A stretch of DNA of 64,000 nucleotides. Source: a candidate division WOR-3 bacterium (GTDB lineage Bacteria > Hydrothermota > 32-111). The position numbers and the translations under genes are program-made. Under the pieces are notes generated by a model. That model was given only the letters and a program-made list of their open reading frames with translations, made no database searches and was not told the DNA's origin. Location of the stretch: contig JBDRZU010000001.1 in assembly GCA_039804105.1 (NCBI GenBank), positions 1,120,001 through 1,184,000 of the forward strand, written 5' to 3'. Positions 1 through 11,025 of this stretch are shown here, piece after piece. The stretch's first letter is position 1. The number at the start of each line of letters is the position of its first letter.

Positions 1-147
1 GGCCATAAACAGGAAATGATCTATTTAACAGATACAGTTCTCGGAAAAAAGAATAATCCGTTTACCTTTGAACATCTGAAAAAAGTTTCACTTATAACAT
101 TTAAAGCAATAGAAAGTGCAAACAAAGGAGTGCGAATTGAAATCTGA
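1..147 (+). CDS. 3' end of an upstream gene, probably a Gfo/Idh/MocA-type or bi-domain oxidoreductase of a polysaccharide operon (partial)
   Basis: Frame 1 is open from the window edge: GHKQEMIYLTDTVLGKKNNPFTFEHLKKVSLITFKAIESANKGVRIEI*. Resembles oxidoreductase C-termini and overlaps the next gene. Confidence 0.5.
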   Translation, partial: GHKQEMIYLTDTVLGKKNNPFTFEHLKKVSLITFKAIESANKGVRIEI

Positions 148-1270
148 AATCATCAAAGAATCTATTGAAAAACTTTTTGATTACCTAGAAAAAAATGATT
201 ACAAAGGATATGATCCATTTGATGGTTTGAACTCTTTTCTTTATCCTTTTACTTTTAAAAATAAATTCCTTTCAATCGCTTTACAGCAAAGTGTAAGGAG
301 ATTACCTTTTAACATTAGGCCTTTTATTGGTATAAAAAAAGAAAGATCAACAAAAGGAATTGCATACATAGCTTCCTCATATCTCAAATATTATAAATTA
401 ACGCAAAATAAAAAATTTTTAGAAAGAGCGGAAGAACTTATCAACTGGGTTATACAAAATCGTTCACCATATTTCGATAACTATTCATGGGGTAACCATT
501 TTGACTATGTTTCGAGAGTTTTTTATCTAAAAAAAGGAATGCCTACAGTTGTTTGGACGGGACTAATCGGGAGTATCCTTGTTGAATTTTTTCTTGAAAC
601 AAAAAAAGAGGTATACCAAGATGCTATTTTCAAAACAGCAAAATTTATTCTTGAGGATCTTCCAACTTATGATTATGACCATACATTTTGTATAAGTTAC
701 ATTCCTTTTCAGAAAAAAAATGTTCACAATGCAAATGTTATCGGTGGATCATTTCTTGCTCAAGCAAAAAAGATAACCGGCATCGATACAGGAAAACTGG
801 AAAGGTTGTCAATGGAATATACAGCAAGATTTCAACATGAAGATGGGAGTTGGTATTATGGTGAGAGAAAAGACCTTCATTGGATAGACAATTTTCATAC
901 AGCTTATGTTCTTGATAGTTTTAAAAGGTATCAGGAATTCTCTGGTGATAATACCTTTAAGGAAAATATTAAAAAAGGATTTGATTATTATAGAAAAAAC
1001 TTCTTTGATGGTGATATTCCTAAATACTATTTCAGCAAAACATACCCTATAGATATACAGTGTGTCTCCCAATCGATTGAAACTCTGGCTAACTTTAACG
1101 ATATTGAAAAATCATACAGTGTTGCTCTTTGGGCTATTAAAAATATGCAGGAAAAAGATGGTCATTTCATTTTTAGAAAATATAGGAAAATAAAAAATAA
1201 AACCCCAATGTTACACTGGGGATTAGGAACGATGGCACGAGCACTGACTTTCCTTCTTGAAAAATTATGA
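137..1270 (+). CDS. (alpha/alpha)6-barrel glycosidase/epimerase-like protein of polysaccharide biosynthesis clusters
   Basis: Motifs GYDPFDGLNS, SWG..FD, VHNAN, DGSWYY, WIDNFHT. Likely TTG start at 137 after AAGGAG; ORF track starts at 116. Confidence 0.65.
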   Translation: MKSEIIKESIEKLFDYLEKNDYKGYDPFDGLNSFLYPFTFKNKFLSIALQQSVRRLPFNIRPFIGIKKERSTKGIAYIASSYLKYYKLTQNKKFLERAEELINWVIQNRSPYFDNYSWGNHFDYVSRVFYLKKGMPTVVWTGLIGSILVEFFLETKKEVYQDAIFKTAKFILEDLPTYDYDHTFCISYIPFQKKNVHNANVIGGSFLAQAKKITGIDTGKLERLSMEYTARFQHEDGSWYYGERKDLHWIDNFHTAYVLDSFKRYQEFSGDNTFKENIKKGFDYYRKNFFDGDIPKYYFSKTYPIDIQCVSQSIETLANFNDIEKSYSVALWAIKNMQEKDGHFIFRKYRKIKNKTPMLHWGLGTMARALTFLLEKL

Positions 1271-2454
1271 AAAAAGATGTACTTTTTGTTGTTGAAAACC
1301 TTTCATTTCCTTTCGATAGAAGAGTATTTAGAGAATCTGTCTCTTTAAAACAAAATGGTTACAATGTAACCGTAATTTCTCCAAAGGGTATTGAAAGGGA
1401 TCAAAAATCTTATGAAATTTTTCAAGGTATACATATTTACAGATACCCTTTACTTGTTAAAGCAAAAAATAAATTCGATTATCTTTTAGAATATTCTTTT
1501 TCGTTCATATTCATTTTCTTGTTATCTATAAAAGTTTTAATGGAAAGAAATTTTCATGTTATACATATTGCTAATCCTCCAGATATTTTTTTCCCAATTC
1601 TATTCTTTTATCGTATGATTGGCAAAAAGATAATTTTTGATCAACATGACCTAACGCCTGAGTCATATCTTTCAAGATTCAGAGATGAAAGAAAAGATTT
1701 TTATTACAGGTTTCAAATAATTTTTGAATTTTTAACCTATAAAGTTTCAAATTATATTATTGTAACAAACAGATCATATTTAAAAATAGCAAAAAAGCGT
1801 GGTAGGAAAAAGAAAAATGTTGTTATAGTAAGAAATGGACCACAAAAAAAATTCTTTGATTACAAAGGCATTTTTCCTCAACTGAAAGATAATTTCCAAT
1901 ACCTTGTTGTCTATATTGGAATTATGGGAGTCCAGGATGGAGTTGATTACCTTATAAGATCGATAGATCATTTTGTCAATGTCTTGGGCCGAAAGGATAC
2001 ATTGTTCGTTTTAATTGGAAAAGGTGATGATTTTGAAAATTTAAAAAATATGGTAAAAGAATTCAAAATTGATAACTATGTTAAATTCACAGGAAGAATA
2101 TCCGATGAAGAAGCTTTAAAATATTTGTCAACAGCAGATGTAGCTGTTTCACCAGATCCTAAAAATCCTTTAAATGATCTTTCAACAATGAACAAAGTTA
2201 TGGAATATATGATAACAAAATCTCCGATAGTTTCTTATGATCTTAAAGAAGCAAAATATTCCGCGGGAGAAAGTGCTTTATATGTTGAAAACAATGATTA
2301 TAAAATTTTTGCAGAAAAAATCTCTTACTTACTTGACAATGAACCTGAAAGGAAAAAGATGGCTGAAATTGGCTACAAAAGGGTTGTTGAACATTTATGC
2401 TGGGAAAAACAGGAAAAAAATCTTTTAGATTTGTATAATGGGATAAAAATATGA
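1267..2454 (+). CDS. Glycosyltransferase family 4 (WbuB-like)
   Basis: ENLSFPFDRRV, NPPD, FDQHDL, VRNGP, STMNKVMEYM motifs; GT-B fold. Confidence 0.9.
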   Translation: MKKDVLFVVENLSFPFDRRVFRESVSLKQNGYNVTVISPKGIERDQKSYEIFQGIHIYRYPLLVKAKNKFDYLLEYSFSFIFIFLLSIKVLMERNFHVIHIANPPDIFFPILFFYRMIGKKIIFDQHDLTPESYLSRFRDERKDFYYRFQIIFEFLTYKVSNYIIVTNRSYLKIAKKRGRKKKNVVIVRNGPQKKFFDYKGIFPQLKDNFQYLVVYIGIMGVQDGVDYLIRSIDHFVNVLGRKDTLFVLIGKGDDFENLKNMVKEFKIDNYVKFTGRISDEEALKYLSTADVAVSPDPKNPLNDLSTMNKVMEYMITKSPIVSYDLKEAKYSAGESALYVENNDYKIFAEKISYLLDNEPERKKMAEIGYKRVVEHLCWEKQEKNLLDLYNGIKI

Positions 2455-3485
2455 ACGAATCATTCAAAAATCCTTTTTTTAGATGGGATAACGGAACATT
2501 TATAACGATAGATCAAACAAAATTACCTTTTAAAGAAACATATATCAAATTGTATAAAACAAAAGAGTATTATGATGCAATTAAAAAATTAAAGGTTCGT
2601 GGTGCACCTGCTATTGGAGTTGTAGCATGTTATGGTGTTTTATCATCAATTTATCGAAGCAAGAATTTTAAAAAGGCAAAAGAAGAATCTTTAAAGACCA
2701 TTGAAATATTAAAAACTGCAAGACCTACTGCTGTAAACATATTTAACCTTCTTGAAAAAATGAAAATTATCATTGAATCTTTTGATATAAACGATTATAA
2801 ACTTTTCAAAGACAAAATTTTTGAATTTTGTGAAAGTGTTTACAGCTATGAGGTTTACACCTGTGAAAAGATGGCTGACTATGGGTACAGACTGATAAAA
2901 AATGGAATGAACGTTTTAACACATTGTAATACCGGAATGCTTGCAACTCCAGGTATTGGAACAGCACTTGGAATTATTTTTAAAGCATTTCAAAAAAATA
3001 TCAAATTTAACCTTTTTATACCTGAAACAAGACCACTACTTCAGGGGAGCAGATTAACAGTGTTTGAAGTTGAAAAATTTAAAATTCCATACACTCTTAT
3101 CACGGACAACATGAGAGGATATTTGTTTTCACACGGGAAAATTGATATAGTTTTTGTTGGAGCTGATAGAATCGCTTTAAACGGTGATACTGCAAACAAA
3201 ATTGGAACTTTCGAGTCAGCTCTTTTTTCTTACTACTATAAAAAACCATTCTATGTTGTCGCTCCAACAACAACATTTGATCAAAAGATAAAAACAGGTA
3301 GAGAAATAATTATCGAAGAGAGAAACAAGAAAGAGATAACTTTTATACAGAATAAAAAAATCACTATAGCAAAAAATGTTTTCAATCCTGCTTTTGATAT
3401 AACTCCTTCAAAATTCATAACTGGAATAATAACCGAAAAGGGAACTATAAAAGCGGAAAGGAAATGTATAAAAGAAATCTTATAG
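2451..3485 (+). CDS. mtnA: S-methyl-5-thioribose-1-phosphate isomerase
   Basis: DQTKLP, VRGAPAIG, ARPTAVN, THCNTG, ETRPLLQG, GADRI..NGDTANKIGT, NPAFDITP. Confidence 0.93.
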   Translation: MNESFKNPFFRWDNGTFITIDQTKLPFKETYIKLYKTKEYYDAIKKLKVRGAPAIGVVACYGVLSSIYRSKNFKKAKEESLKTIEILKTARPTAVNIFNLLEKMKIIIESFDINDYKLFKDKIFEFCESVYSYEVYTCEKMADYGYRLIKNGMNVLTHCNTGMLATPGIGTALGIIFKAFQKNIKFNLFIPETRPLLQGSRLTVFEVEKFKIPYTLITDNMRGYLFSHGKIDIVFVGADRIALNGDTANKIGTFESALFSYYYKKPFYVVAPTTTFDQKIKTGREIIIEERNKKEITFIQNKKITIAKNVFNPAFDITPSKFITGIITEKGTIKAERKCIKEIL

Positions 3486-4639
3486 TTATTATTTTGGTCC
3501 ATTGTTTAAAATTGTTTCCAATCGATACTGAATTTAATTTGGAAAGATATTTTGTTGATACAATTTTACCAAAACCAGTTGATATGTTATACCCCGTTTA
3601 CAATTACAATGAAATCTCTTTCTGTTTCCCGAAATTGATTTATTTTTTTTCAAAACATTATGAAAACAGTTTTTCCTACTCTTTAAGCAGTTTCACAGAC
3701 TTTAAAGATTCTCTAAAATTTGATTTTAAATATAATGGAAATATTTTCTTTAGAAATCAAAATATTTCATTTGAAAACAATACTCAAATCAATAATAAAA
3801 ATATTATTTTAAGTAAGTTTTTATACCGGACAAATTTTCAGTATAATGATTTTTATGTTCTCATAACCCCACAGTTTTATGCTTATCCAACGGTTTTTTT
3901 TTTCAAGAACCTATCAAGTGTTGAATTAATTTACAAAAGAAAAATCTTTTTAAAATCGAACTACCAAAATTTTACTGATTTAAAGACAGGTTACCTTGGA
4001 GCAGGTATTTTATCTCGTTATGGTAATCTTGGAATTTTTTATTCAACACTTATACTTCCATCCTATTGTTTCGATAAAAAGATTAAAAATCTACATATAA
4101 AATTTAACCTTGATGCTAATATGAATGAAAAAGATACTCTTGGAATTTTATCAAAAAAAAGAAAAGACATTCACTCTATTGTTCCTCAAAGGAAATATTT
4201 CTTCGATTTAGGTTTAAATTTTCAAAATATTGCTTTAAATTTTCTAGCTGTAAAAATACTCGAACAACTGAAATCTTATGAAGAATTTAAAAAATCTCCT
4301 ATTTTTTATGATTTTGTCTTCTCTGTTAAAAACGAAGGGAGAAATTTTAGATATAATTTTAAAATAGGAAATTACTATGATAATTTTACTTCTAAGAATT
4401 TTTTCATTTCACTTTTTTATTTAAACAAATTTGGTAAAGTTTATTTAACAAATGAGTTAAAATATTATATCTATAAATCTATTATCTATGATATATCCAT
4501 TAGTTTTAATGAGGAAAATTCTTACTTAACATTTGGCATTAAAAATCTTTTTTCTACATATGATTTAATCTATTCTTATTTCACTGATAGAACATATTTC
4601 TTTTTGCTTTCATTTTCAAACATACAATTTTTTGATTGA
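3464..4639 (+). CDS. Hypothetical exported protein, possibly an outer-membrane beta-barrel
   Basis: 391-aa ORF with an N-terminal hydrophobic signal and aromatic-rich alternating strands at the C-terminus. Confidence 0.5.
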   Translation: MYKRNLIVIILVHCLKLFPIDTEFNLERYFVDTILPKPVDMLYPVYNYNEISFCFPKLIYFFSKHYENSFSYSLSSFTDFKDSLKFDFKYNGNIFFRNQNISFENNTQINNKNIILSKFLYRTNFQYNDFYVLITPQFYAYPTVFFFKNLSSVELIYKRKIFLKSNYQNFTDLKTGYLGAGILSRYGNLGIFYSTLILPSYCFDKKIKNLHIKFNLDANMNEKDTLGILSKKRKDIHSIVPQRKYFFDLGLNFQNIALNFLAVKILEQLKSYEEFKKSPIFYDFVFSVKNEGRNFRYNFKIGNYYDNFTSKNFFISLFYLNKFGKVYLTNELKYYIYKSIIYDISISFNEENSYLTFGIKNLFSTYDLIYSYFTDRTYFFLLSFSNIQFFD

Positions 4640-4669
4640 CAAGGTTTTTATTCAAGTTATACTTCTATT

Positions 4670-5290
4670 ATGAGATTGTATAGGATATATGTATTTTTAA
4701 TATCAGTTTTTATACTTATTTCTTGTTGTAAAAAATACCCTTATCCACCAACTTTTCAACTTTCTGAAAACTCTCCATTAGGTATTTTTCAGACACAGGT
4801 CGTTAATGGTGATTCAACGATTTCTCCGTTAGTAACAACCAAATTGGTAGAGTATATAACATATGAGCAGAAAGGTTCATTTTTAGAATTAGGAAATGTT
4901 ACGAATATTTTAAAGCGTTACAACTCTTCGGACTTAACTTCTGAAGTTTTGAGAAAGGTCGGGGACGATTTTAAAGTAAAATGCATAGTTTTAAGTGAAA
5001 TAGAATTTTCTGATGTTGAGCCTAATTTTAATCTAAATTTTGTTAATCCTTCAATATATGCTAATGTAAAATTGACTGCAACTCTTAGATTGAAAATTTA
5101 TGAAACAGAAACTGGGGCATTGCTTTATATAAAATCCATAATTAAAAAAACAGAACTTTCTAACGTATATGTCAGTAAAGATATGATTTTCTTCAACTCA
5201 AAAACTTTCGATGAATCTCAGTACGATCTTATAGATCACCTCACATGGAAAATTACAAAAGATTTTAGAACTGTTTATAAATGTAAATAA
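4670..5290 (+). CDS. Hypothetical lipoprotein (CsgG/LpoB-like fold possible)
   Basis: Lipobox-like LISC; LRLKIYETETGALLY pattern typical of this fold. Confidence 0.5.
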   Translation: MRLYRIYVFLISVFILISCCKKYPYPPTFQLSENSPLGIFQTQVVNGDSTISPLVTTKLVEYITYEQKGSFLELGNVTNILKRYNSSDLTSEVLRKVGDDFKVKCIVLSEIEFSDVEPNFNLNFVNPSIYANVKLTATLRLKIYETETGALLYIKSIIKKTELSNVYVSKDMIFFNSKTFDESQYDLIDHLTWKITKDFRTVYKCK

Positions 5291-5307
5291 TGTAAATAGG
5301 AGGAAGT

Positions 5308-6633
5308 GTGAAAAAATTATTTTTCATTTTTCTTATTTCATTTTTGTGCTTTTTATTTTCAACATCTCAGGAAAATATAACCTACGAAAAATATATCGAT
5401 ATAGATGGGAAGCTTTATAAAGTGGTTCTATCTGAAAATGGTGATACTTTATCAAAAACCGAAATCGAGGTTGAGCAAAAAATTAAAGAGGAAGAAAAAC
5501 CCATAACTGAAATTATTAGAGAGTATAACCCTCAACTTTTAAGAATTGTGCCTTATAAATGGCAGGCGGGGTGGTATGGAGCCTGGCAGGGATTTTCTTA
5601 TGGGTATTTCATTACAGAGGGGTTGGGTTTGTCGACAAGTAGAATTGCACCTTTAGTTTATTTATCAACTCCTTCTTTGATGTTTTTCTTACCTCCACTT
5701 ATTATAAAGGATGATGTTCCTATTAGATCTCTTGCGTTTATCGATTGGGGATACAGATTAGGACCTTTTGATTTTATAGTAACAAGATTAGCCTTTGGAA
5801 AATCAGAATTTGGTGTGATTGATTTTGGACCTTTTAATTTAGATTTCCTTGGTTTATCTTTAACAGGTTATACAGAATCCTGGCTCGGATATTATCTTTC
5901 AAGAAAAAACACAAATTTAAGAAGAGCTGCAAGTGATTTTTATTCATCAGGAGCAGTTCTTGGATATGCTACTGGTGGACTTATTGGAATTTACCTTGCA
6001 GAAAAGATAGTTCCACAAGATCCAGTATTAGATAGCACTGATTGGGCAGATAGTTTAAAAGTTGCTCAATATGAAGATTCTGTATTTAAACTAAACAATA
6101 AGAGAGAATTTTTCGGTTTTACAACAGCATTTTTGTCTTCAGCAATATTTAGATCTTTTGGGTTTTATTTAGGAAATAGAGAAGATCTTAAATTTAAATC
6201 TTTTGATGGATATTTTTATACTTTCAATATGTTACCTGGAATTTTATTGACAATTGAAGCATATAATTACATTGACAGAAAAGACGAATTCCCGCTCGTC
6301 GCTGGTATATCTGGACTTGTTTCTAGTGGAGTTACTGCATATTTTATGAGAAATATTCGACTTGATGATGGAAATGCAATTTTGATGATGATTGGAGGAA
6401 TAGTTGGCGGTGCTCTTGGACAGGGTATTGAACGAACTGTAGCAGCATATACTGACGATGACAATATTCATTCTTCGATTGGTGCATTAAGTATGATTCT
6501 CGGAGAGTATCTTGTATATCTTTTGAGAAAAAATGCGATACAATCAGGAATCGATTTTGGATACAATTTAGGATTTTACATTTATCCTTCTATAAAAAAA
6601 GGAATAGGTGGAAATTTAACTTTCAATTTTTAG
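5308..6633 (+). CDS. Hypothetical Gly-rich membrane/exported protein
   Basis: AGGAGG SD before GTG, signal peptide, glycine-zipper-like helices, C-terminal Phe. Confidence 0.6.
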   Translation: MKKLFFIFLISFLCFLFSTSQENITYEKYIDIDGKLYKVVLSENGDTLSKTEIEVEQKIKEEEKPITEIIREYNPQLLRIVPYKWQAGWYGAWQGFSYGYFITEGLGLSTSRIAPLVYLSTPSLMFFLPPLIIKDDVPIRSLAFIDWGYRLGPFDFIVTRLAFGKSEFGVIDFGPFNLDFLGLSLTGYTESWLGYYLSRKNTNLRRAASDFYSSGAVLGYATGGLIGIYLAEKIVPQDPVLDSTDWADSLKVAQYEDSVFKLNNKREFFGFTTAFLSSAIFRSFGFYLGNREDLKFKSFDGYFYTFNMLPGILLTIEAYNYIDRKDEFPLVAGISGLVSSGVTAYFMRNIRLDDGNAILMMIGGIVGGALGQGIERTVAAYTDDDNIHSSIGALSMILGEYLVYLLRKNAIQSGIDFGYNLGFYIYPSIKKGIGGNLTFNF

Positions 6634-6712
6634 TTTATTGTTGATTTTTGTTTATTTTTGATTATAATATCACCCTTTGTATAGTTTGTTAATAAACGTA
6701 ATAGGAAATTTT

Positions 6713-7204
6713 ATGGAAAAAAATTTAAATGAAGTAGAAATTGTTAATCTTACAAAAAATATTTTGATGGAAAGTGAAGCATTTAAAGATAACGATTACT
6801 ATAATCCTGAACTTTATTATCTTGTTTCATTATACATCATTGAAACTCTGTTTGATTTTTATTCAGAAGATCTTTTTAAATTTTTACTTTTTAGTGGAGT
6901 TAAGTACTTTAAAACTCAAAAATTGTCTGAAGAGGACAAACAATATCTACTTATATTTGAAAAGGAAATAAAAAATTGGAACCTTTATAATTCTTTTCCT
7001 GAAATGGAAAAACTTTTCATTGAACTTCTGAAAACTGAAAAAAAGAAGATTGTTGAAAGTATAAAGAAAGACAATAACAAAAATATGCTAATAGAAGATA
7101 AAATCTTTTATATGGTAAAAAAGATCAAAGAAAAATCAAATAAAAAAATAAAATTTGATGGAGATGATCTTTTCAACGAATTTTCCGATTTGTTGGACTT
7201 GTAA
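6713..7204 (+). CDS. Hypothetical protein
   Basis: Open frame; likely ATG at 6713 after AGGA (ORF track starts at 6677). Confidence 0.55.
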   Translation: MEKNLNEVEIVNLTKNILMESEAFKDNDYYNPELYYLVSLYIIETLFDFYSEDLFKFLLFSGVKYFKTQKLSEEDKQYLLIFEKEIKNWNLYNSFPEMEKLFIELLKTEKKKIVESIKKDNNKNMLIEDKIFYMVKKIKEKSNKKIKFDGDDLFNEFSDLLDL

Positions 7205-7241
7205 TTGTATTAACAAATAATACATTTTTTGTATAAAATAT

Positions 7242-9002
7242 TTAATACAAAAATATAGTGTCTCTATTACCTTCTTTATCTTTAACTACAAAAAATTTTT
7301 TTTCATTTTTGTTTATCCTTAATTTTACTTTTGATTCTCCTGGTAATGGTTCAACATATAAATAGTTCGAATCAGAAATGAAAAACCAGTCAACACCACT
7401 CCCCTGATCAATTATTTTAAAAATATAAGTGATATTTCCAGAGGATTCATATTTTTTGTTCAAATATACTTTTGGTTTTATTGTATCTTTTCCTATTACA
7501 AAATCTGATAACTTATTAACTATCAAGGAATCAAGAAAAGCAAGTTTTTTAACAAAACTTATATTTTCACCGCTCACATTATAAAAAGAGTATCCATTAT
7601 AGCCTTTCAAATAAATTTTTATCTCTTCTTTTGATATATCATCAGTTAAACTAAAATCAAACAATTGAGATGCAGATTGAAATTCTCTATGGTGAAATTC
7701 TTTTGTATTATATAAAAAATACAAATCAAAAAAAGAACTTATTGAAATTGAATCAGTAAGATTAAAAATATTTGCGCTTTTAATTAATACAATATTTTTG
7801 TCGATAAGGATTCCATCGATTATATTTTTTGACTTAATATTACATTCCTTTGATAAGATATAATATTTGTAATTTGTAGAAGGTTGAAAAGCTGAAAAAT
7901 AATTTATATATGGCTCATTTAATGTATAGTTTGAGTATATTCCTTTTGTTATCAACACAAGTTTTTTGTTTATCTTTTTAATTTTAAGTTCATTTTCGAT
8001 TGATTTAATATTCAATTTTACATTTTTTACATTAATTTTTAAATTTGATACATTTCCATAGTGGTCATATACTTCAACGGTGATATTTGTATCGATATTA
8101 CTATACAAAGTTTCTTTTGCACATATAACAAAAGGAGCTTTAAAAAAATCATAGAATTTTATCAGATAGTTTGAATTTGATACCTTGAGATCTGTTCTGA
8201 AATGTAATGGAGAAAATTTATTATAATTAAATGATAGAGAATCAAAAACGATCGAAGAAACAATCTTATCATCCGATTTTATGTTAATTTTGTATACAAA
8301 AATTTTTGATGAAATTGAATTTATTCTATCAAAAAATTTACCAGATAAAAAAAATTTTCCTGATATGTTGATATCAATTTGATTTAATGTTATACCATTT
8401 TTTTTCGTTACAACATAGTAGTTATCGTAAACACCATTGATTAGAGTTGTATCATCTGCAGGTTCAAAGAGTATACCTTCTATCGATGGATTTATTGTAT
8501 CGTAAATATTATACAAAAATAATGGATTTATGCAGGAGTTATTTTTCTTTCTTATTTCAAAGTGTAGGTGAGGAAGCACACCACCTGATGATCCAGTATA
8601 AGCTATCACTTCTCCTTTGCTGAAAGTTATATTGCCTTTTTCAGGATATATTGTCTGCCTGTACTTGTTTTTTGAAAGTAATGTATCAATTTTTGTTACA
8701 AAATTCTTTAAATGTGCAAAGACATAAATGTAATTTTCATCTTCTAAAAATAAAGTATTACCGTACCCATAAAAATCTCTTTTAATGTAACTAACATAAC
8801 AGTTGGAAGGAGAATATACTTTTTTTCCTTCAATTCCATCTGTTGATATATCTAAACCTGCATGAAAATGATTCCACCTAAATTCACCAAAACCGCCTGT
8901 AATAATATTGTTTTCTGTAGGAAAAATTATATCTGTTGAGTATACAAAAAAAACATTAAAAAATATAGCGAATACTAAAATGATAAAATGTATCCTACCC
9001 AT
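7242..9002 (-). CDS. M23 family metallopeptidase
   Basis: FGEFRWNHFHAGLD (HxxxD), GYGN, GSSGG..PHLHFEIR (HxH), signal peptide. Confidence 0.9.
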   Translation of the reverse strand: MGRIHFIILVFAIFFNVFFVYSTDIIFPTENNIITGGFGEFRWNHFHAGLDISTDGIEGKKVYSPSNCYVSYIKRDFYGYGNTLFLEDENYIYVFAHLKNFVTKIDTLLSKNKYRQTIYPEKGNITFSKGEVIAYTGSSGGVLPHLHFEIRKKNNSCINPLFLYNIYDTINPSIEGILFEPADDTTLINGVYDNYYVVTKKNGITLNQIDINISGKFFLSGKFFDRINSISSKIFVYKINIKSDDKIVSSIVFDSLSFNYNKFSPLHFRTDLKVSNSNYLIKFYDFFKAPFVICAKETLYSNIDTNITVEVYDHYGNVSNLKINVKNVKLNIKSIENELKIKKINKKLVLITKGIYSNYTLNEPYINYFSAFQPSTNYKYYILSKECNIKSKNIIDGILIDKNIVLIKSANIFNLTDSISISSFFDLYFLYNTKEFHHREFQSASQLFDFSLTDDISKEEIKIYLKGYNGYSFYNVSGENISFVKKLAFLDSLIVNKLSDFVIGKDTIKPKVYLNKKYESSGNITYIFKIIDQGSGVDWFFISDSNYLYVEPLPGESKVKLRINKNEKKFFVVKDKEGNRDTIFLY

Positions 9003-9814
9003 TCGCCAAGAACCTTTTTTAATAATATTTTATAGCCATTTTGTTCAAAATATTTCTCAATTGTATTAGATTCTTCATACAATATTCCAGAAATTATTAT
9101 TTTACCGTTTTTTTCTAAGATTTTTTTGATTTTGCTGAAAAATGTTTTAAATTCTTTTGAAAGCATATTTATTAGAATAATATCATATTTTGTATTTTTG
9201 TTTAATACATTTATATCACCAAATTTATATTTAACATTTTTTACTTTGTTAAGTTTAAAATTTTCTTTGGTTGAGACCTTTGTTGACTCATCAATGTCAA
9301 AACCAAAAATTTTTTTCGCTTTCTTTTTTGAGGCAGCAATTGCAAGAATTCCTGAACCAATACCACAATCAAGTACTGTTTTATTTCGAAATTCTACAAA
9401 TTTCATAAGTAGTAACACAAGTTTTGTTGTCGGGTGTTCTCCAGTTCCAAATGAATAGCCTGGATTTAATATTATATTTATCCCTTTTTTATATTTTTTT
9501 TGTTTATGAAAATAGGGAATTATGTTAAATTCTCCTACTTTGAAAGGTTTGTAATTTTTCAGATATCTTTTAAGATAAAATTTTTCATAGATCGATTCTA
9601 TTTTTTGTTCTTTGATATCAATAATCTTTTCAAATTTGGATAAAATATCAGAAAGTTTATCCTTGTTTTCAGAATAAATAAAAAAATAATTTTTCCCTCT
9701 TTCAATATCATAAAAGATGGAATATTTTATGTTATTGAAAAAAGAAATTTCAAAAACTTTTTCCTCGTCAATATCATTATCAAAAGTTAAAACGAGTTGA
9801 TAATATTTTTTCAT
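8975..9814 (-). CDS. prmA: 50S ribosomal protein L11 methyltransferase
   Basis: LNPGYSFGTGEHPTT, VLDCGIGSGILAIAA, IISGIL, EW motifs. Confidence 0.9.
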   Translation of the reverse strand: MKKYYQLVLTFDNDIDEEKVFEISFFNNIKYSIFYDIERGKNYFFIYSENKDKLSDILSKFEKIIDIKEQKIESIYEKFYLKRYLKNYKPFKVGEFNIIPYFHKQKKYKKGINIILNPGYSFGTGEHPTTKLVLLLMKFVEFRNKTVLDCGIGSGILAIAASKKKAKKIFGFDIDESTKVSTKENFKLNKVKNVKYKFGDINVLNKNTKYDIILINMLSKEFKTFFSKIKKILEKNGKIIISGILYEESNTIEKYFEQNGYKILLKKVLGEWVGYILSF

Positions 9815-9856
9815 TGAATGAATTTTAATTTCAAAGTGAAAAAAGTCAAGAAAAAA

Positions 9857-10282
9857 TCATTCAACAGATACTTTTATCTGAACACTTCCCTCTTTCTCAT
9901 CGTCGGCAACTATATTGACTATTTCTGAGGGTTTTTCTTTACAGAGTTCATCTATCGCTTTAGAAAATGATGTAAAATCCACTATTTTACCATCCTTATC
10001 AATTTTTATTCCCTTCGAATTAAAATAGTTTTTCAATGAATCGTCCTGAATATCGAAAGAGAGCTTTCCAGTTGCTTTTACCATAAATTTAATAAATTTG
10101 ATGGGAAGTTTTATGTTAACGAGTTTTCCATCTCCTTTTATAATTTTTACAGTAAAATAACATTTTTCACTCATTTGCTCTTCATTTTCGTAAAGAGCAG
10201 AGATCAAGTTATCCGCTTCCTGTGGAGTAATTTTGCCTTCTTTTACAAGATTTAAAATTTTTTTCAATCTATCTTCCATCAT
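9857..10282 (-). CDS. SHOCT-like (YvlB N-terminal) domain protein of a DUF2089 operon
   Basis: EDRLKKILNLVKEGKITPQEA..L, VNIKLP, C-terminal IKVSVE. Confidence 0.7.
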   Translation of the reverse strand: MMEDRLKKILNLVKEGKITPQEADNLISALYENEEQMSEKCYFTVKIIKGDGKLVNIKLPIKFIKFMVKATGKLSFDIQDDSLKNYFNSKGIKIDKDGKIVDFTSFSKAIDELCKEKPSEIVNIVADDEKEGSVQIKVSVE

Positions 10283-10542
10283 TCCTCCTCCAATTCTTCT
10301 ATCGCTTCTTCTACACTTATCTTTCCATCTTTTAAATCTTCAAGGATTTTTTTTCTTTTTCCAGCACTTATATTAATCTTTATATTTCTTTTCTTTTCAA
10401 ATGAAATTAAATTCAAAAGTCCAATGATTATCAAGATCCATGGCCAATCACGAGAAAATGTAAAAAAGAAAATGTTATAAGTTGAAAGTAAAAGAAAAAT
10501 TCCAACAACTATTAAAATAAAACCAAATTTTGAAAATTTCAC
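10279..10542 (-). CDS. LiaF/DUF5668-like small membrane protein with SHOCT-like tail
   Basis: G.ILIVVG..LLL, WPWILIIIG, ILEDLKDGKISVEEA. Confidence 0.65.
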   Translation of the reverse strand: MKFSKFGFILIVVGIFLLLSTYNIFFFTFSRDWPWILIIIGLLNLISFEKKRNIKINISAGKRKKILEDLKDGKISVEEAIEELEEE

Positions 10543-10919
10543 TTTTTCCTCCTTTTTAAATTTTTTATAACTTCATCAACAGATATCTCTCCCTTTTCGA
10601 GCAAAGATAAATAAATATCAATATCATCATGTTCAAAAATTTTTTCATTTTCCTTTTCGCTTATATTCAATTTATCTTTAATCTTTGATAACTTTATTTT
10701 TAAGGTTGGGTAAGAAAGATTCATTTTATCTGATAATAACCTGAAATTACCCTCACAATTTATAAACTCTTTAACAAAATTCCAATCATCCTCGTCCAGA
10801 ATATGTGATTTTTCTACACCAAACTTTCCATTGATTTCAGTTTCACAACTTTCACAAACTAATTTTCTTACTGTTAAAATACCACCACAAACAGGACATT
10901 TTTTTATAATTTCTTTCAT
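10539..10919 (-). CDS. DUF2089 family protein (Zn ribbon + HTH + SHOCT)
   Basis: CPVCG..L.V..L.CESCET.I.G.F, GN......SYPT, LEKGEISVDE. Confidence 0.85.
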   Translation of the reverse strand: MKEIIKKCPVCGGILTVRKLVCESCETEINGKFGVEKSHILDEDDWNFVKEFINCEGNFRLLSDKMNLSYPTLKIKLSKIKDKLNISEKENEKIFEHDDIDIYLSLLEKGEISVDEVIKNLKRRKK

Positions 10920-11025
10920 AAAATTAAATCCTTTTTTTATAATATTAAACATAAATTTAATTTTGTCAATATTGATTTTAATCTTTTTTACTTGACTTTT
11001 GAAAAAATTAAGATAAACTAATCTT